Assembly (NCBI GenBank): GCA_964570655.1
Contig: CAZMYU010000001.1
Location: forward strand, 65,454-129,453
Direction of reading: 5' to 3'
DNA from: an uncultured Gammaproteobacteria bacterium
GTDB taxonomy: Bacteria > Patescibacteriota > Patescibacteriia > Patescibacteriales > UBA12465
DNA: 64,000 bases
How positions within the stretch are numbered: the stretch's first letter is position 1; every line of letters starts with the position of its first letter. Of this stretch, positions 62,315 through 64,000 are shown in pieces. The translations under genes were made by a program, and so were the position numbers. Below the pieces are notes generated by a model. The model worked only from the letters and a program-made list of their open reading frames with translations. It did no database searches and was not told where the DNA came from.

Positions 62315-63502
62315 CTAAGGTTTTTTGGCAAATCTTTTTAAAATAACTTTTTTATATTTATCTCGGCCAAGTCCTAATTCAAAATAATCCCAAAAAACAG
62401 ACGTCAACCGCTTGGATAATATTTTCTGCCTTAAATTATAAGTTTTATATTGGCTCATTGCCCCCAAATAAGAATTAATACTGACTAAAATTTTTGCCAA
62501 TATTTTTTTATTAATGTTCCCGCTTTTAAAAATATTATTAATCTTAATTATGGCCCGATAAAAATTGTTTTTAGTGCGATTTCTAATATACGCCCGACGA
62601 GTTTTAATAATTGCTCCTAAAAAATCAACTCCTTTTTGGCTGGGTTGTAAATAAATTTTTTTAGGATGAAGCTTCAAACCTAAATTGTACAAATAGTCTC
62701 TAATTTCAAAAATAACCGTTTTTAAACATTCTTTATCTTTATGAATAATAATAAAATCATCAACGTAACGGCCATAATATCCAAACTTCAGAGTTCTGGT
62801 TATAAAATGGTCAAAATCATTAAGATAAATATTGCTAAATAATTGCGAAGTCAAATTGCCAATCGGCAAGACAAACCCGACAGGAGCCTGAAACAAACTC
62901 TTATTGGCCGGCAATTTTTGCCAATCATTTCGACTACCTCTAATAACACAATTGCTCGTATAATTATGAAAAATAATTTGTTGGAGCAATCCCAAAGCTA
63001 AATCTAAATTAAATGAACAATGGTTTTTCTCCTTCAATAAACGGCTTCTAATTTTGTCATAAAGTTTTTGGTGATTAATGCTCATAAAATAACCAGCCAA
63101 ATCTAATTTTAGAATAAAACAATTTTGTTGATAATTATTGGAACCAGAACGGATAAAATGAGAAATTCTTTTAATTCCGTAGGTTGTTCCTCTCCCCACC
63201 CGACAACTATAACTATCATTAATAAAATGAGCCTCAAATATAGGATTAATGTAGTTAAAAACCAAATGATGGACTATCCTATCCCTAAAAGGCGAAGCGA
63301 TAATTTCTCGTTGAACTGGATCAAACACGACAAAGGCTACGCTTCGGCCGATTTGATAAGTGCCGTTTTTTAAATCATAATAAAGCTCAAATAAGTTTTG
63401 CTCATAATTGATTTCAAACTCTAGAGCATTAACACTATTTCGCTTATTGGCTCGAGCATCGTAATAAGCCCGAAAAAGATCAATTAAAAGTTGGTCGCTC
63501 AT
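62315..63502 (-). CDS. Diversity-generating retroelement (DGR) reverse transcriptase
   Basis: YVDDFII catalytic motif plus DGR-clade hallmarks NDSYSCRVGRGT and LPIGNLTSQLFSNIYLNDFD. 395 aa. Confidence 0.9.
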   Translation of the reverse strand: MSDQLLIDLFRAYYDARANKRNSVNALEFEINYEQNLFELYYDLKNGTYQIGRSVAFVVFDPVQREIIASPFRDRIVHHLVFNYINPIFEAHFINDSYSCRVGRGTTYGIKRISHFIRSGSNNYQQNCFILKLDLAGYFMSINHQKLYDKIRSRLLKEKNHCSFNLDLALGLLQQIIFHNYTSNCVIRGSRNDWQKLPANKSLFQAPVGFVLPIGNLTSQLFSNIYLNDFDHFITRTLKFGYYGRYVDDFIIIHKDKECLKTVIFEIRDYLYNLGLKLHPKKIYLQPSQKGVDFLGAIIKTRRAYIRNRTKNNFYRAIIKINNIFKSGNINKKILAKILVSINSYLGAMSQYKTYNLRQKILSKRLTSVFWDYFELGLGRDKYKKVILKRFAKKP

Positions 63503-63548
63503 AAAAAATTATTAAAATAAAAGAAGCCAAATAAATGACTTCTTTTGA

Positions 63549-63731
63549 CTAGTCCTTTGGGCACCGCAGGGAAAAGCCGTTGGCCCGGTTATTGGGGTTG
63601 CGATTAACCGTAGCGTTAGACGTGTTCAGGTTACGATTCCAAGCAGTATTGGCCGAGCTAACCGAAGACGACCAAAAGTTGGCGTTCGTAGTCCGATTGT
63701 TGAACGACCCATTAATATTGCGGTTGCCGGC
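63549..63731 (-). repeat. DGR template repeat (TR), non-coding copy of a C-type-lectin-fold variable region
   Basis: The minus strand reads AGNRNINGSFNNRTTNANFWSSSVSSANTAWNRNLNTSNATVNRNPNNRANGFSLRCPKD*. No start codon, and an in-frame TAA lies two codons upstream. 17 of 60 codons are AAY. The stretch is GC-enriched. Confidence 0.75.
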
Positions 63732-63874
63732 AATTTTTTAATAATCGCTAAACTCTTTAATTAATTTGATATTTTAATAAAAAATTAACCAAATAGCGGT
63801 TTGGCCCGCTCATTACTAAATTTTTAAATTTAGTGGATTATTGGACTAGTGAGGCACGCTCGTTTTAACCTTGG

Positions 63875-64000
63875 CTAAAACGATTCTGGCCCATTATTAT
63901 TTGCAGGTCTTTGCCAAAAACTTAATTGTCGAGAAATTGATTCAATAATTTCATTGACTTTAATAAATTTTGGCAAAGTTATTTGTTTTAAATCTTTAAT
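63875..64000 (-). CDS. 3' end of an Avd-like (DGR accessory, four-helix-bundle) ORF, truncated by the window edge
   Basis: Only open frame at the edge: ..IKDLKQITLPKFIKVNEIIESISRQLSFWQRPANNNGPESF*. TAG at 63877-63875. Its position upstream of TR-RT matches avd. Confidence 0.45.
   Translation of the reverse strand: MKDLKQITLPKFIKVNEIIESISRQLSFWQRPANNNGPESF

Noticed and set aside
1-64000. Search for the DGR variable repeat (a second copy of 63549-63731 or a protein ending ..GFS[LV]RC..) within the window
   Set aside because: I could find no similar nucleotide stretch and no ORF with that C-terminal pattern. The DGR target is therefore not in this window, and I do not call any in-window gene a DGR target.
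1-64000. CRISPR array
   Set aside because: All direct repeats seen occur only two or three times, are irregularly spaced and are associated with tRNA/tmRNA flanks or REP hairpins. There is no repeat-spacer periodicity and there are no cas genes.

Overview
This is an AT-rich, very gene-dense bacterial segment with tiny spacers and many overlapping start/stop codons. The gene content looks like a streamlined Candidate Phyla Radiation (Patescibacteria) genome, but that taxonomic call is inference. The content in question: tRNAs without encoded CCA, membrane H+-PPase, a GH57/GlgA glycogen module, PilB/PilT, a ComEC-type MBL protein, a pilin-like giant surface protein, GIY-YIG ORFs and a DGR.

I can support about 60 protein genes, mostly housekeeping:
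- tyrS, argS, glyQS
- rny, recA, rnc, nusB, rpmF, ftsH, rpsA, rnj
- secG, rplT, rpmI, infC
- smpB, tig, hppA, nusA
- glgA, ruvC, yebC, gpmA
- polA, murD, murI, holA

There are also 7 tRNAs (Lys, Met/Ile2-CAT, Arg, Val, Gly, Leu, Ala) and a tmRNA next to smpB.

The parts worth a second look are accessory:
1. A diversity-generating retroelement at the right edge: a DGR-type RT, an Asn-codon-rich non-coding template repeat and an Avd-like partial ORF. The variable target gene is evidently beyond position 64000.
2. A 1007-aa protein that is a head-to-tail fusion of two complete PilB/GspE ATPases.
3. A RAYT-type Y1 transposase bracketed by inverted GGGGTCAGACCCC REP hairpins, with a 76-nt REP doublet repeated 20 kb away and abutting promoters.
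4. Several families of GC-rich hairpin repeats concentrated at tRNA/tmRNA ends, including two 118-nt near-identical tRNA trailers and a shared CUUCGCUC trailer motif. Two GIY-YIG nuclease ORFs sit in these contexts.
5. Orphan structured elements: a promoter-to-terminator sRNA candidate, a 143-nt GC-rich hairpin, and a 98-nt inverted repeat.

No rRNA and no CRISPR array were seen. All family assignments are from motif recognition by eye, with no searches run.
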